Under the pieces are notes generated by a model that was not told the origin of the DNA, did not search any database, and worked only from the letters and a program-made list of their open reading frames with translations. From an uncultured delta proteobacterium (GTDB lineage: Bacteria > Myxococcota > Myxococcia > Myxococcales > Myxococcaceae): 64,000 bases of DNA. The stretch lies in NCBI GenBank assembly GCA_963771175.1, contig CAVYSY010000021.1, forward strand, positions 236,151 to 300,150, read 5' to 3'. A program made the position numbers and the translations under genes. Below, one piece after another: positions 62,786 to 64,000 of this stretch. Numbering within the stretch: position 1 is the stretch's first letter; each line of letters begins with the position of its first letter.

Positions 62786-62974
62786 ATGGACCTTAGTGGC
62801 CAAAAGCTGAGAGTGAGAAGGAAGGTCAAGTACGGCGTCGGAGAAAGCTACGATGTGGAGATCAGAACTTCACACGGCTGGAAGTTCTATAAAGAGTTCA
62901 CCAGTCACGAAGCCGTACGCTGGTGGCTCAGTATCAAGAAGATACCAGTAGAGAACATCACCCTACAGACTTAG
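62786..62974 (+). CDS. Small hypothetical protein (62 aa)
   Basis: MDLSGQKLRVRRKVKYG...; protein-like composition, purine-rich sequence upstream. Confidence 0.4.
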   Translation: MDLSGQKLRVRRKVKYGVGESYDVEIRTSHGWKFYKEFTSHEAVRWWLSIKKIPVENITLQT

Positions 62975-63081
62975 AGCCTCGTCCTTGCTTTATAACGACC
63001 GACGATGACTGCTTTCATGATGCTTCTCTGTCCAATTTGTCGCGGAGTTGCTGAAGGGACGGGTCGCCGAGACGGTGCTGT

Positions 63082-63133
63082 TCACCCCGGCATCGAGCGT
63101 GGGAAGGTACCGGTACCCGACAGCTCCTGTTCC
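63082..63133 (+). repeat. ~52-bp direct repeat, copy 1 (copy 2 at 63937-63996)
   Basis: CCCCGGCATCGAGCGTGGGAAGGTACCGGTACCCGACAGCTCCTGTTCC versus CCCCGGCATCGATCGTGGGAAGGTACCCGGTACCTCGACGGCTCCTGTTCC. Confidence 0.85.
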
Positions 63134-63311
63134 GCCCTAGGTACCCCGACGCCGCTGTTCTGCATTCCAATGCCGGGGGTTCAGGCGTCGCTGAGAAAGT
63201 GACCGGAACTCCTGAATCACGGGTTTATTCTGGTGCTCGCGCAGCCGCAGCGCTACTGTTCAGCGTCCGCTCTCGGACAAACTCGGAGGAGTTTTCGATA
63301 GGAGAGTTCCC

Positions 63312-63647
63312 ATGCCCATTTACATCTCACGCGGTCGTTTCACCACAGACGCAGTCAAGGGCATGATGGCCAAACCGGAAAATCGCGAAGAGGCGGTATC
63401 CAATCTCTTCAAGAGCGTCGGAGGTCGGCTCATCGGCTGGTACTTAACCTTCGGTCCCCATGACTGGTTGGCCATCGGCGAGTTTCCAGACAACAAGGCG
63501 GCGGCATCTGCAGTGCTCGCCGCGGCTGCCGGGGGCAGTCTGTCCGACGTTGAAACAACCGTCGCCATGACGGCTGCGGACGCCAAAGCCACCTTTGAAG
63601 CCGCGGGAAAGGTCGCAAAGGAGTTTAGGAGCGCTGGACGCTCGTAG
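63312..63647 (+). CDS. GYD domain-containing protein
   Basis: MPIYIS.GRFT..AVKGM...PENR.EAV......GG.L...Y.TFG.HD...I.E.PD; AGGAG RBS. Confidence 0.88.
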   Translation: MPIYISRGRFTTDAVKGMMAKPENREEAVSNLFKSVGGRLIGWYLTFGPHDWLAIGEFPDNKAAASAVLAAAAGGSLSDVETTVAMTAADAKATFEAAGKVAKEFRSAGRS

Positions 63648-63936
63648 GCGAGCACTAGTTGCGCGTGCCGACGTCTGGCTCGCCAAGATCTTTACTCGAA
63701 GAGCAATAACGGCAACGCATTCGCCGACCAGCTTAAGCGTTGCCAGACTGAGCATTAGGAAATCTCGATGATGGCGACCTTCCCCGCCGAGGATGCGCCG
63801 CCAGTGCGCGCGGTCCTGCCAGAGGCGCGAGGAGGACAAAGCAGGTAGGGAGGAAGGAAGCGGCCGACACGCTTTTTATCAGTTGGGATAGATATTCGGA
63901 TAGCTCGGCAGTGCTTGCAGCTAATTGGGTCCCATC

Positions 63937-63996
63937 TCACCCCGTCCCCGGCATCGATCGTGGGAAGGTACCCGGTACCTCGACGGCTCCTGTTCC
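63937..63996 (+). repeat. ~55-bp direct repeat, copy 2
   Basis: Matches 63082-63133 with a few substitutions and indels. Confidence 0.85.
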
Positions 63997-64000
63997 AAAC

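Overview
This window looks like a mosaic rather than one native chromosome segment. Bases 1-33739 are very GC-rich, myxobacterium-like DNA (Archangium/Cystobacter style). They carry two-component signalling genes, an orphan glycoconjugate-modification operon, a PilZ-protein / heme-oxygenase-like diiron enzyme pair, several lipoproteins, a PDH-CM fusion, a U32 hydroxylase, a peptidoglycan amidase and a 5'-truncated RND permease. At 33739/33740 the RND gene is joined directly to a 5'-truncated lytic transglycosylase on the opposite strand. From there the DNA is less GC-rich and proteobacterial (mostly Alphaproteobacteria-like). It mixes intact genes (mucR, class III aminotransferase, FAD reductase, UbiB kinase, Vgb lyase, ALDH, SDR, an 11-kb Dpp-ABC/creatininase catabolic cluster, GYD protein) with many gene shards (LigD, IS256, alpha-hydroxy-acid oxidase, ALDH, cyclase). 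Frameshifts come in clusters and look like long-read consensus errors. The most interesting unexplained signals are: (1) a candidate sigma54-dependent ~75-nt sRNA with an anti-Shine-Dalgarno loop at 30667-30767; (2) a ~100-bp non-coding repeat family in arrays at 49273-49915 and 61045-61300 and as a solo copy at ~45252-45316; (3) the PilZ-protein + diiron oxidase operon; (4) several tiny unannotated ORFs with strong RBSs. All family assignments come from motif recognition by eye; no database searches were run.
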